DNA from: Terriglobia bacterium
GTDB taxonomy: Bacteria; Acidobacteriota; Terriglobia; Acidiferrales; UBA7541
Length of the DNA: 64,000 nucleotides
Direction of reading: 5' to 3'
Assembly: GCA_041488495.1 (NCBI GenBank)
Contig: JBGPPL010000007.1
Location: 30,855 to 94,854, forward strand
The position numbers and the translations under genes are program-made. The notes under the pieces were generated by a model. The model worked only from the letters and a program-made list of their open reading frames with translations. It did no database searches and had not been told where the DNA came from. Below are positions 55,301-64,000 of the stretch, in pieces; position 1 is the first letter of the stretch, and every line of letters starts with the position of its first letter.

Positions 55301-56942
55301 CGATCGCGGGGTTGGTGACCTGTGCGAAGGTCTGCTTGAAATAGTTGAACAGGAGTTGGGGTTTGTCGGACAAGCAGGCCAGCGGCGTGTCGATCCCCAT
55401 GGATCCGACCGGCTCCTCGCCCAACAATGCCAAGGGTGACAGAATCGTCTTCAAGTCTTCGTCGGTATAGCCGAAGGCGCGCTGCCGCATCAGGATCGTT
55501 TCGTGGTCCGTGGGCTGGACGTGCGGCGGGCTCGGCAGATGATCGAGAGTAATCTGATTGTCTTTCAACCATTGCGCGTACGGCTGCCGCGCGGCCAGAT
55601 GCTTTTTGACTTCCTCATCCGAAATCAATCGTTTCTGTTCCGTATCCACCAGCAGGATTCGGCCGGGCGCAAGTCTGCCTTTCATGCGAACGTCTTCGGG
55701 CTTGACGGGGAGCACGCCCGCTTCCGAGGCCATGACCACCAGGCCGTCCGAGGTGAGCAGATACCGGCCGGGACGAAGCCCGTTGCGATCGAGCTTGGCG
55801 CCGATGACTCGGCCGTCGGTGAAGGCCACCGCAGCCGGGCCGTCCCACGGCTCCATCAACGACGCGTGGTATTCATAAAACGCCTTGATGTCTTCCGGCA
55901 TGGTGGCGTCGTGGTCCCAGGCTTCCGGGATCAGCATGGACATCACGTGCGGGAGCGTCCTTCCCGAAAGCGTCAGGAGCTCGATCGCATTGTCGAGCAT
56001 CGCGGAGTCGCTGCCGCCCGCCTGGATGATCGGCAATAGCTTCTTGATGTCGCCGCCAAAAAGCGGAGACGCCAGCACGGACTGCCGCGCGTACATCCAG
56101 TTCATATTCCCGCGCAGGGTGTTGATTTCCCCGTTGTGGCAGATGTAGCGGTACGGATGAGCCAGCTTCCAACTCGGAAACGTGTTGGTGGAGAATCGCT
56201 GGTGGACCAGACACAGTCCGCTGGTCACCTCGGGATTGAGCAGCTCTTTGTAGAAATCCGTGATCTGCGGCGCGAGCAGCAAACCCTTGTACACGATGGT
56301 GCGCGAGGAAAGAGACGGAATGTAGAAAAACTCTTTCTCCTTTAGATCGGTTTGGGCCACAACCGATTCCACGCGCTTGCGCACGACGTAGAGCTTGCGC
56401 TCGAGCGCGTCCTGGTCCATGCCCGGAGCGCCCTTGATGAAAATCTGCTCGATGTACGGCTGGGTGTTGCGAGCCAGGCGCCCGATCATATTGCCGTTGA
56501 TCGGGGTGTCGCGCCACCCGAGGACGGTGAGTCCTTCCTCGCGGGCAACCTTCTCAATGATTCCTTCGCACAAAAGCCGGTCGTGCGGATCGACCGGAAG
56601 GAATACCATACCCACCCCGTACTCACCCGGCGCCGGCAGCGAGAATCCAAGGCTTGCCGTTTCGCGCTCGAAAAAGGCGTGGGGAATCTGGATCAGAATG
56701 CCCGCCCCGTCACCGGTCTGCGGATCGCAGCCGCAAGCCCCACGATGAGCGAGGTTGATCAGAATCTGCACGCCCTTGAGCACGATGTCGTGCGACTTCC
56801 GGCCCTCAATATTTGCGACGAACCCGATGCCGCAAGCATCATGCTCGTGCTCCGGCCGGTACAGACCCTGAGCCGCAGGCAAGCCGTTAACGGGTGCGGG
56901 CTCCACTTGGAGCCCGCCAGAAAATGGATAGGTTTCCTTCAT
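52326..56942 (-). CDS. gltB: Glutamate synthase large subunit
   Basis: The 1538-aa ORF has the Ntn amidotransferase start after Met (...[10 protein letters not shown]). The FMN/3Fe-4S region includes [13 protein letters not shown]. The C-terminus is a GXGXG beta-helix domain. Confidence 0.97.
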   Translation of the reverse strand: MKETYPFSGGLQVEPAPVNGLPAAQGLYRPEHEHDACGIGFVANIEGRKSHDIVLKGVQILINLAHRGACGCDPQTGDGAGILIQIPHAFFERETASLGFSLPAPGEYGVGMVFLPVDPHDRLLCEGIIEKVAREEGLTVLGWRDTPINGNMIGRLARNTQPYIEQIFIKGAPGMDQDALERKLYVVRKRVESVVAQTDLKEKEFFYIPSLSSRTIVYKGLLLAPQITDFYKELLNPEVTSGLCLVHQRFSTNTFPSWKLAHPYRYICHNGEINTLRGNMNWMYARQSVLASPLFGGDIKKLLPIIQAGGSDSAMLDNAIELLTLSGRTLPHVMSMLIPEAWDHDATMPEDIKAFYEYHASLMEPWDGPAAVAFTDGRVIGAKLDRNGLRPGRYLLTSDGLVVMASEAGVLPVKPEDVRMKGRLAPGRILLVDTEQKRLISDEEVKKHLAARQPYAQWLKDNQITLDHLPSPPHVQPTDHETILMRQRAFGYTDEDLKTILSPLALLGEEPVGSMGIDTPLACLSDKPQLLFNYFKQTFAQVTNPAIDSIREGLVMSLNCYIGSEGNILDETPKNCHTLKLRHPVISNWRLEKLRRVSWGDFLATSLPMLFRVNGDENQLERAIETLCRRASLAIKSGYTLLILSDRGVDEEYAPIPSLLALSAVHNHLIREKTRNQVALIVESGEPREVMHFALLLGYGASAVNPYLAIETLEDRHRDGAFPPDYTWDKVFKSYMKAIDKGLLKTFSKMGISTLQSYQGAQIFEAIGLNRSLIEKYFTGTSSRIEGIGIEVLAREALMKHQFAMQPPHESDTELRVGGEYQFRVRGERHQLNPTTISKLQQAVRQSKFETFREFAEIVNQQNRDLQMLRGMFEFKPAGAAVPLEEVEPAAEIVKRFATGAMSFGSISKEAHETLAIAMNRIGGKSNTGEGGEDEARFHPDANGDSRRSAIKQVASARFGVTTNYMINADDLQIKIAQGAKPGEGGQLPGHKVDDFIARIRHSIPGVGLISPPPHHDIYSIEDLAQLIYDLKNVNPKARISVKLVAEVGVGTVAAGVAKAHADVILISGYDGGTGASPISSIRHAGVPWELGLSETQQVLVMNDLRSRVRLQVDGKLQTGRDVAVAALLGAEEFGFATTPLIAMGCIMMRKCHLNTCPVGVATQDPDLRKKFQGQPEHVINFLFYVAEDLRRIMAELGFRKLEEMIGRVDCVVQRQDVEHWKAKGIDLSAVLYNPPMPSHVGRRCTQAQDHGLDDALDGKLIEQTSDAIENLTPVSLSLPIRNVHRTVGAMLSGEIARRHGSAGLPDDTIRIQFHGCAGQSFGAFLAKGVTLTLEGEANDYVGKGLSGGTLIIYPPRNSRFVPEENILVGNVCLYGATSGEVFFNGMAGERFAVRNSGATAVVEGVGDHGCEYMTRGMVVVLGKTGRNFAAGMTGGIAFVLDQTGEFVAVCCNRTDVDLEQATEPKDVETLHRLITRHAEVTGSPQAKWILQNWEATLPKFIKVFPHEYKRVLGIPRIPAGVLVARAGTQVHGQVIRG

Positions 56943-57266
56943 GTTATCCGAAATCTCTGTTCGGGTACCTGGGGAGCAGCCAGCAGGCGTTCTTTCCTAC
57001 TTGGCAGGTCTCTCTCAACGTCACTATCGCAGGCGTCCCGGCCTCCTTTTCGAGTGACCCTTCTTCACGTTCCTGACAACGGCGACCAAAAAGGCTCCGC
57101 CAACGGAAAGCGGTGGTTCAGACACTCCCTCGCCGCTTTCCATCATCGGCGCCGAATGTGCCTATATTATCATTCCTCCTGCCCGGATGTCCCGTGGACA
57201 ACGACTAGGCATTTTTTATCCACAGCATTTGAATTTTGAATTCAGTCCGGCCCGGCATTCCGCTTC

Positions 57267-57275
57267 TGCTATAAT
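57267..57275 (+). promoter_or_regulatory. Extended -10 promoter (TGcTATAAT) for the LysR gene; near-leaderless mRNA implied
   Basis: TGCTATAAT lies at 57267-57275 and the ATG at 57290. Only 14 nt separate the -10 hexamer from the start codon. There is no purine-rich Shine-Dalgarno sequence in between. Confidence 0.4.
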
Positions 57276-57289
57276 CCTGCCTCAACATT

Positions 57290-58204
57290 ATGGATTTCGA
57301 CCAACTTATAACTTTTATAGAGATTGCGAAACTCGGGAGTTTTTCACGCGCGGGTCAAAAACTGTTTCGCTCCCAGCCAGCCGTCAGCGCCCAGGTCCGC
57401 CAATTGGAACAGGAATACGGAGAAAAACTCTTCGATCGCGGCCGGAAGTCCGTCCGGCTGACTTCTGCAGGCGAGACGCTGTACGAATACGCGGTACGCC
57501 TGGTGAACATGCGGGGCGAATCCTTGCGCGCCGTGGCCGACAAGGCCACCACTCCCCGCGGGGTGCTCGCTTTGGGAGCCAACGAAGCGACTTGTCTGTA
57601 TGTCCTCCCGGACCTCTTCGCCGAATACCATCGCCTCTACCCAGCCGTGCAGATCAGCATTTACCGCAATTTCAGCCACAAGGTTCTGCAAAAGGTGGAA
57701 GATGGAACGGTCGACGTGGGGATCGTCACGCTTCCCGCCAAGTCGCCGAGCCTGAAAATGCATTCGATCTTCCGGGACCGCGTGATGCTGATGGTGAATC
57801 CGCGCAATCCCCTTGCAAAGCTCAAGAGCGTTCGCATGAAGGATATCGCCGAGCAACCGCTCATTTTCCCTCGCACCGGCTTCACCCGGCAGTTGCTGGA
57901 CAAGCATTTCCGGCCCTACCGCGCGCAACTCCAAATCACGATGGAGCTAACCAGCGTGGGCATGATCAAGTGCTTTGTCGCGGCGGGTCTCGGTGTATCG
58001 CTGATCAGTTCGAGTTTTGCCCGAAACGAAGTCCGCGCCGGCGAAGTGAAGTTGATTCCCATCGCAGACGTAGACCTCTGGCGCGAGCTGGGTCTCGTCT
58101 ATCGGCGCGACCGCACGCTTCCCCGCTCGTCCGCCGCCTTCATCACGCTCCTAAGGCAGAGGGCGGCTGAAAATCCCAACCTGGAAGTCGCGCACAGCCG
58201 GTAA
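57290..58204 (+). CDS. LysR-family transcriptional regulator, divergent from gltBD
   Basis: The 304-aa ORF has the wHTH N-terminus MDFDQLITFIEIAKLGSFSRAGQKLFRSQPAVSAQVRQLEQEYG and a LysR substrate-binding C-terminal domain. Confidence 0.9.
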   Translation: MDFDQLITFIEIAKLGSFSRAGQKLFRSQPAVSAQVRQLEQEYGEKLFDRGRKSVRLTSAGETLYEYAVRLVNMRGESLRAVADKATTPRGVLALGANEATCLYVLPDLFAEYHRLYPAVQISIYRNFSHKVLQKVEDGTVDVGIVTLPAKSPSLKMHSIFRDRVMLMVNPRNPLAKLKSVRMKDIAEQPLIFPRTGFTRQLLDKHFRPYRAQLQITMELTSVGMIKCFVAAGLGVSLISSSFARNEVRAGEVKLIPIADVDLWRELGLVYRRDRTLPRSSAAFITLLRQRAAENPNLEVAHSR

Positions 58205-58252
58205 GCACAGCCACCAAGACCACTAGAGGTGACCAATGGCTCCCGCCGCCCG

Positions 58253-59245
58253 TCAGCGAACGGCGATGGGCGCCACCGTCGAGCCCGTGCCGCCCTTGAT
58301 TTTCAAAACCTCCATGATGAAAGCGGTCTCGTACGCATGTTCCGCGGCAAGATGTTCCAGCTTCAGATTTTCGAAGATATGGACGCCATAGACGATCAGG
58401 AACATCGCATGAATCGGCAGGTTCACTTTCTGCTCGGGGTAAGGCCTGACCTCCAGGCAACAATTGTCCGCTCCGACAAGCATTGGATTCTGCTTTACTA
58501 ACCACTCTCCCGCGCCCACACCAATGCCGGGCGTCGTCTTCAGGTAGCGCGCTTTATCCTTGACGGTGTACAGCTTGCCCCAACCCGTGTTAATCATGAC
58601 CGCGTCCCCAGGCTGCAGCGTCAGCTTCTCCTTCGCCAATGCCTGCTGCAAATCCTCGGCCGTGATGATGTAGGTTTCGGGCAGCATATCCACATTCTTC
58701 AACCCAGCCACATCGATCAATACACCCCGGGTCATCATATCGGGAACGTGCTCGACGCCGAGCTTGGGAAAGCCCTGCCGAGCGCCGGCAGCGAGGTCGC
58801 CGCTGCCACCGGTATTCATCTCTTCGTCCTTGATGCAGTTGTAGTATTCGCCGCCGTACATTTGGTGCGCGAAGCCGTCAAACTGCGTGCCAACCTGGCC
58901 AAGCTCCGTGATCACAATCTCTTCGTTCTCGCCGCGGGTGCCTGGCGCCGTCGCGGTGCCACGCTTCATGTAAAGGTCGAAGCGGCGGCTGCCGATCAGG
59001 GGCAAGTCCGGGGACAGATCGAAGCCAAGCTGGAACACTTCGCCGGTGCGTATCAATTTTGCCGCACGCAGCGCCATTTCCGGTTTCATCAGGTTGCCTG
59101 AACCAAGCTCGTCCTTAGCTCCCCACTTCGAAGGACAACGCTCCGCATCGGTGGGCATCTGCCAGGATTGCGCGTGAAGCGCGGTACATCCGAAGCCGAG
59201 CGCCACCGCGATAGCCATCATGCGAATCACCATAACGCGTCGCAT
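58253..59245 (-). CDS. Secreted cyclase-family protein (kynurenine formamidase-like fold)
   Basis: The 330-aa ORF has a signal peptide (MRRVMVIRMMAIAVALGFGCTALHA). It has the motif VGTQFDGFAH in the position of the HxGTHxDxPxH motif. The overall pattern resembles the putative-cyclase family. I recognised the family by eye only. Confidence 0.65.
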   Translation of the reverse strand: MRRVMVIRMMAIAVALGFGCTALHAQSWQMPTDAERCPSKWGAKDELGSGNLMKPEMALRAAKLIRTGEVFQLGFDLSPDLPLIGSRRFDLYMKRGTATAPGTRGENEEIVITELGQVGTQFDGFAHQMYGGEYYNCIKDEEMNTGGSGDLAAGARQGFPKLGVEHVPDMMTRGVLIDVAGLKNVDMLPETYIITAEDLQQALAKEKLTLQPGDAVMINTGWGKLYTVKDKARYLKTTPGIGVGAGEWLVKQNPMLVGADNCCLEVRPYPEQKVNLPIHAMFLIVYGVHIFENLKLEHLAAEHAYETAFIMEVLKIKGGTGSTVAPIAVR

Positions 59246-59409
59246 ATTTTCGTCCTCCCCTTCCGTGCCAATTGTTTGTAATTTGCCAGGTGTCGTTGCG
59301 CGTCACGCGCACAGCCAACTGCAGGCGACAGAGAGATATCACACTCTGATATGCCGGTAAAGGTAGGAAGGACAGCGCCACAGACGCGGAGGGGAGGCAC
59401 GGACCAACG

Positions 59410-61386
59410 CTAGGCGGGGCGGTCGCGGAGCAGGCGCAAAATGTCTGGATCCGACTCGGTGGCGATGGCGCTGTCGGTTTCCGCGGCCTCGGGCATTTCG
59501 CCTTCGCTCGAAGGCAGAAACAGATTGCTCTCCAGGCCGTGCTGCTTGTCGTAGAGTTCGCGATAGCGTCCGCTCGCCACATAGAGCGACGTGTGGGTCC
59601 CGCGCTCGACAATTTTTCCTGCCTCGACAACCAGGATCTGGTCGGCGCGGCGAATCGTCGAGAGGCGGTGCGCGATTACGAATGTCGTGCGCCCGCGCAT
59701 CAATTGAGCGAGGCCCTCCTGGATGAGCATTTCAGATTCGGAATCGAGGCTCGACGTGGCTTCGTCGAGAATCAGGATGCGCGGGTCGGCCAGTATGGCG
59801 CGCGCAATCGAAACACGCTGGCGCTGCCCGCCGCTTAATTTCACGCCGCGCTCGCCGATAATGGTGTCGTATCCTTCCGGGAACCGGTCCGCGAATTCAT
59901 CCACGCGCGCGATCCGGCACGCGGCCATGATTTCTTCCTCACTCGCGCGCGGCCGCGAAAACGCCACGTTCTCGCGGATCGTGCCGTCAAACAGGAACGA
60001 CTCCTGCAGCACGACACCCAAGCGCGTACGGTACGAATCGAGGCGCACGGTCGCCAGGTCCACACCGTCCACCAGCACGCGGCCGTCAACTGGAACATGA
60101 AATGCCGCGACGAGTCCGATGATCGTGGACTTCCCCGACCCGGACGAGCCGACCAGCGCCGTGACCGTGCCTGGCTCTGCGCAGAAGCTGACCTGCTGAA
60201 GCACCGGCTTGCCGGGCTCATAGGCGAAGCTGACGTTTTCGAACTCGACTTCGCCTTCAATGTCGGGCAGGGTGAAGGTGCGGCGCGGGTCCTCATCCTC
60301 GGGGAGCTCGTTGAGCACCTCCCGCGTGCGTTCGAGTCCCGCGACGGCCTCCGTCAGTTGCGTACCGATTCCCACGACTTGAAAGACGGGCGCCACCAGG
60401 AACGCTAGAAACGCCATATAGCTGACATAACCGCCGACGGTGAGCGTCCCAGCCTGGATCTGGTGCGCGCCGATCAGCATGACCAGCCCACCGGCCACGC
60501 CAAGCAGCGCCGTCGTCGAGAAGCTCATCATCGACATCGTGGTCAGCGAGCGGAGAACGTTGTCGAGCAGCCGCTGGACGCCATGCGTAAATACTTCGTG
60601 CTCGCGCGCCTCCGCGTGGTAACCCTTCACCACGCGCACACCGGAGAGCGATTCGGTGAGCCGTCCGCTGACCTCCGCGTTGATCTTCGATCGCTCGCGA
60701 AAGATGGGACGAATGACGCCGAAAGCCTTGCGCAACGAGAGCATGCTCACCAGGAGCAGCGCGAATGCCACGCCCGTCATTAACGGACTGATGCGGAGCA
60801 GAAACACGAGCGCAATCGTGGCCGTCAGCAGCCCGCCCAGAAATTCCACCAGGCCCGTGCCGATCAGGTTTCGCACACCCTCGACGTCGGTCATGATGCG
60901 TGAGACGAGTGCGCCGGTCTTGTTCGCATCGTAATAGGCTACCGGGAGCCGCCCCACGTGTTCCTGCACCTTGCGTCGCAACTCGGTGATCATCCGCTGC
61001 GCGGCCTTCGAAAGCAGTTGCGTCAGCGCATAGGACGTCACGCCCTGCACCAGCGTGGCGGCCAACACGGCGCCTACCAAGGGAATCAGCAAGTTCGTCT
61101 GGTGCTTGCCGAACACATTGTCGAATAGATATTTCTGCGACGCGGGAAGCATCAGGCCCGAAACTCGGTTGATGGCCATGAGCACAAGACCCACGGCGAG
61201 AAGGCCCCGCCGCGGCCGAAGAAGCGCCCACACTTCGGGGAGCTGATCCAGCAACCGCGATGGCTTTGCCTCGCTCCGCGCGTTGGCGGACGAGTCCCCT
61301 CGCGCCTTCGCGCGCGGACTCCTCTCCGCGTGCGCTCCCAAGCCGCGTTGCGTTCCGATCCCGCCGAAGCCGCCGGCCATTCTCAT
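59410..61386 (-). CDS. ABC exporter, fused permease/ATPase (MsbA-like)
   Basis: The 658-aa ORF has a six-TM N-terminal half. The ATPase motifs are Walker A GSSGSGKST, the signature LSGGQRQR and Walker B ILILDEATS. Confidence 0.9.
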   Translation of the reverse strand: MRMAGGFGGIGTQRGLGAHAERSPRAKARGDSSANARSEAKPSRLLDQLPEVWALLRPRRGLLAVGLVLMAINRVSGLMLPASQKYLFDNVFGKHQTNLLIPLVGAVLAATLVQGVTSYALTQLLSKAAQRMITELRRKVQEHVGRLPVAYYDANKTGALVSRIMTDVEGVRNLIGTGLVEFLGGLLTATIALVFLLRISPLMTGVAFALLLVSMLSLRKAFGVIRPIFRERSKINAEVSGRLTESLSGVRVVKGYHAEAREHEVFTHGVQRLLDNVLRSLTTMSMMSFSTTALLGVAGGLVMLIGAHQIQAGTLTVGGYVSYMAFLAFLVAPVFQVVGIGTQLTEAVAGLERTREVLNELPEDEDPRRTFTLPDIEGEVEFENVSFAYEPGKPVLQQVSFCAEPGTVTALVGSSGSGKSTIIGLVAAFHVPVDGRVLVDGVDLATVRLDSYRTRLGVVLQESFLFDGTIRENVAFSRPRASEEEIMAACRIARVDEFADRFPEGYDTIIGERGVKLSGGQRQRVSIARAILADPRILILDEATSSLDSESEMLIQEGLAQLMRGRTTFVIAHRLSTIRRADQILVVEAGKIVERGTHTSLYVASGRYRELYDKQHGLESNLFLPSSEGEMPEAAETDSAIATESDPDILRLLRDRPA

Positions 61387-61663
61387 CTGGTACCCATCTT
61401 AGAGTATTTAACCTGGGCGCCGCCACTTTTGTCCTGTGAACACGCTCTTGTTTAGATGCGACGCACGCCGTTTCAGCACAACAATTATCGGCAGGCGGGA
61501 GAAGCAGCGTCGAAGGGGGTTGGCGCCCATCCCGCGCGGTTGGAAGAGGTCTCCGCAGTCGCGCGCCGCATGTCGAAATCCTTGACAAAAATGTTGGTCT
61601 CGCACTCTCATCACTCCTGCAATTGGCTGATCTTGTGCGGGGCTGTGTCGCGAATGCAAAACA

Positions 61664-61973
61664 ATGAAAATTAATATCGTCGGGGGCGGACCCGGTGGCT
61701 TCTATTTTGCGCTGTTGATGAAGACGCGGGACCCGTGGCATCACATCGTTGTTTACGAACAGAATCCGCCGGACGCAACCTACGGCTAACCGAAGTATTC
61801 TCTGGTACGAGCAGTTCGGCGAGAAGATGCGGCTCGACCCCATTGCATTTGCCTACGACTGCATGGTGCGAGGCGGGCGCCTCGATGAAGAACTCATCCG
61901 GCAGCGTGATCCGCAATTCGTTTCCACATACGAACAATACAAGGCACCGCAGCTTCAACAGCGGCGAGAATAG
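61664..61973 (+). pseudogene. Remnant of an FAD-dependent monooxygenase gene (N-terminal 41 codons joined out of frame to C-terminal ~55 codons)
   Basis: MKINIVGGGPGGFYFALLMKTRDPWHHIVVYEQNPPDATYG carries the GxGxxG FAD fold and ends at the TAA at 61787. The +1 frame continues ILWYEQFGEKMRLDPIAFAYDCMVRGGRLDEELIRQRDPQFV. That resembles the C-terminal WFENV..Y....P.QFA......R...ENLR.RDP segment of this family. About 300 codons are missing. Confidence 0.55.
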
Positions 61974-62033
61974 TGTTGAGAAGGACAGAAAGAGAGCTTG
62001 TAAGCAAAATTTGAGGGTGCTAAAACCAGGACT

Positions 62034-63161
62034 ATGGAACCTGTGAGATCCGATATCGCCCCGACGGAGTTGAGGAAGCATCTTTTCTACGAAACCTCGC
62101 ATTCGCCGTCGCTGGCGGACCTGGTAGGTTACGAAAAGGCTAAAGACATCATCGATTTTTGCTTCATCGCCAACCCGTACTACCCGACGCCCGAGATGCT
62201 CGACGACCTGAAGGAGAACTTCCCGAACCTTATCAAGTCGTATCCGTCCAGCAGCCCGATCACGAGCCAAAAGAATTTGGCGGCGGTGCTGCACGTAAAC
62301 CCGGACAACCTGATTATCGGAAATGGGGCCACGGAACTCATCGTGCTCATCAACACGACCCTGATCGACCGCATTGCCGTGCCCATTCCGACTTTCGGAG
62401 AGTACATCGAAAAGCTCAAACACCGGTGGGACGCCGAACTCTATGCGCTGAAGCCGGAGGAAAACTACAAACTCGATCTGGCGGACTATCATGCCTGGGT
62501 GCACCGGCGCGGGCTGAAGGCGCTCCTCGTCATTAACCCTGGCAATCCTACCGGCCAGCTCTTTTCGCTCGATGAGATGATTGATTTTCTACACCGCGCG
62601 AAGGACATGGAGCTCGTGATTGTCGATGAATCGTTCATCGACTTCGCGGGGGACCCTGTTCCGAGTCTCCTAGGGGTGGCGGACCAATTTTCCAATTTGC
62701 TGCTGGTGCGGAGCATGAGCAAACACTGCGGCGTGCCGGGTTTGCGTCTCGGATACTGCTACAGCGGAAATCTTTACGTTCTCAATCGCATGCGACAGTT
62801 CATTCCGACCTGGAATGTGAATACGCTGGCGCAATACTTTCTGTCATTGCTACCGTCTACCGATGCCGCCTATCACGAAGCGCGCAAACGGTTAATTGGT
62901 GATGTTCGCTGGCTCTACAACGCCTTGCGGACAATATCAGGAATCGATGTGTATCCTACGGGGGCCAATTTCGTTCTGTTCAAGATTAAGGGCGGCATGA
63001 CGGCTGCTGAACTGCAGGGACTTCTGCTGAAAGAGCATCGCATGTACGTGCGAGACTGCTCGAATAAGATCGGCATGGACAACTTTCACATCCGTGTAGC
63101 CTCGCAAGGCCGTGAAAAAGATGCCAAATTGGTAGAGGCGCTCCGGATATTGATCCGATGA
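62034..63161 (+). CDS. Class I/II PLP-dependent aminotransferase (histidinol-phosphate aminotransferase / threonine-phosphate decarboxylase-like)
   Basis: The 375-aa ORF contains NPYYPTPEML, IIGNGATELI, NPGNPTG and the PLP lysine in RSMSKHCGVPGLRLGY. It looks lower in GC than the flanking core genes. This is a visual estimate of about 55%. Confidence 0.85.
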   Translation: MEPVRSDIAPTELRKHLFYETSHSPSLADLVGYEKAKDIIDFCFIANPYYPTPEMLDDLKENFPNLIKSYPSSSPITSQKNLAAVLHVNPDNLIIGNGATELIVLINTTLIDRIAVPIPTFGEYIEKLKHRWDAELYALKPEENYKLDLADYHAWVHRRGLKALLVINPGNPTGQLFSLDEMIDFLHRAKDMELVIVDESFIDFAGDPVPSLLGVADQFSNLLLVRSMSKHCGVPGLRLGYCYSGNLYVLNRMRQFIPTWNVNTLAQYFLSLLPSTDAAYHEARKRLIGDVRWLYNALRTISGIDVYPTGANFVLFKIKGGMTAAELQGLLLKEHRMYVRDCSNKIGMDNFHIRVASQGREKDAKLVEALRILIR

Positions 63162-63892
63162 AACGCCCCTCTGTTCTCGTCGTTACCCGCAGGACAACCC
63201 GCAAGAACAAGTACATCGACTACGTGGGCGAATTTCATCTTGCGCTTCTGATGCGGGCGGGGATTCTGCCGGTCATGGTCCCTGTGGCCGAGGGCGCGCC
63301 CGCGTGCCTTCCTGAGTACATGTCAAACATGAGGGGCCTTCTCCTTGTCGAAGGCGAGGACATCGAGCCAAGGCATTTCAAAGCCCGACCGGAAAATTAC
63401 AAGCACCTGGAGAAAACCCATCCACTAAAGGATGAAATCGAGATCCGGCTCATCCGCCATGCGTTCCGGAAGAGACTCCCAATTCTTGGGATTTGCCGCG
63501 GGTCACAGCTGCTCAACGTCGTCTGCGGAGGCACGTTGTACGGCGATGTACAAAAGGAAAAGAAGTCTCGCTTGAAGCATATCAATTTCGCCCACTACGA
63601 CAGCTACCGGCACTCGATTTCTATCGTCCCCGGCAGCCCGCTGCAGCAGTGGTACCGGCGAAAAACATTACGGGTGAACAGTTACCATCATCAGGGGATT
63701 CGGGATCTGGCACCACGATTCAAGCCGATGGCGTACGCCGAGGACGGGCTTATCGAGGCCTACTACGTTCCGAAAGCTAAGTTTGTAGTCGGACTGCAGT
63801 TTCACCCCGAGCGCATGCTGGAAGAAATCGACGGCAACTGGCGCATCTGGAAAGCGTTTGGCACGGCAATACATGGCAAAGCGCATACGTGA
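63158..63892 (+). CDS. Gamma-glutamyl-gamma-aminobutyrate hydrolase-like class I glutamine amidotransferase (peptidase C26)
   Basis: The 244-aa ORF has the nucleophile elbow LPILGICRGSQLLNV and the His motif GLQFHPE. It overlaps the upstream gene by 4 nt. Confidence 0.88.
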   Translation: MKRPSVLVVTRRTTRKNKYIDYVGEFHLALLMRAGILPVMVPVAEGAPACLPEYMSNMRGLLLVEGEDIEPRHFKARPENYKHLEKTHPLKDEIEIRLIRHAFRKRLPILGICRGSQLLNVVCGGTLYGDVQKEKKSRLKHINFAHYDSYRHSISIVPGSPLQQWYRRKTLRVNSYHHQGIRDLAPRFKPMAYAEDGLIEAYYVPKAKFVVGLQFHPERMLEEIDGNWRIWKAFGTAIHGKAHT

Positions 63893-63913
63893 CAAATTCC
63901 CGCAGCCTCTGCT

Positions 63914-64000
63914 AAAGGCAGTTCCATCCGGGCCTTTCACCGTACCTGTCACCGTCGCCCCATAGGCGAACGAGGCGACAAGCCGGACCAGGATCAGAGA
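63914..64000 (-). pseudogene. Possible 5' fragment of a CarboxypepD_reg-like / TonB-dependent-receptor-type gene, truncated at the cassette boundary
   Basis: The minus-strand frame is open from the window edge. It reads SLILVRLVASFAYG ATVTGTVKGPDGTAF, a signal-peptide end plus the typical start of a carboxypeptidase-regulatory-like domain. Similarity is lost where the frame runs antisense into the 63158..63892 gene. Confidence 0.25.

Noticed and set aside
1-64000. I scanned for tRNA, rRNA, tmRNA, RNase P RNA and SRP RNA genes.
   Set aside because: I noticed no cloverleaf-compatible GTTCGAATC-type T-arm in an intergenic context. I also saw no conserved core sequences of the other RNAs. Visual scanning is weak for this task, so tRNAscan or Infernal should be run to confirm their absence.

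Overview
This is a high-GC bacterial chromosomal segment. My hand counts give about 63% G+C in core genes. The gene content and the repeat type suggest Acidobacteriota, which is an inference. I call about 50 protein genes, 2 clear pseudogenes and 1 possible gene fragment. I saw no rRNA, tRNA or CRISPR array by eye.

The core blocks are:
- lepA
- xseA, a DUF2905 gene, ndk and sucDC
- a rearranged aromatic/tryptophan cluster: aroD-aroE fusion, trpE, an unknown gene and trpG on the minus strand, with trpD convergent on the plus strand
- an AMMECR1 gene and pgsA
- hflX and miaA
- fabZ, lpxA, lpxI, a Gfo/Idh/MocA oxidoreductase and a TonB-like gene
- gltBD with a divergent LysR regulator
- an MsbA-like ABC exporter

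Between these sit accessory patches:
1. A low-GC Cas4-family PD-(D/E)XK nuclease gene is bracketed by inverted ~135-bp copies of a dispersed palindromic repeat. The layout resembles a REPtron. This is my top candidate for something undescribed.
2. A metallopeptidase-dense stretch lies at 24.5-42.5 kb. It also contains a stand-alone B12-binding radical SAM gene and an orphan Tat-exported IorB-like molybdopterin subunit.
3. A co-directional five-gene cluster encodes an MgtC/DUF4010 protein, a polytopic membrane protein, a split ComDE-like ThDP decarboxylase and a secreted metallophosphoesterase.
4. There are two decayed genes and a lower-GC two-gene cassette at the right edge.

All functional calls come from motif recognition in the supplied translations. 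No database search was run.
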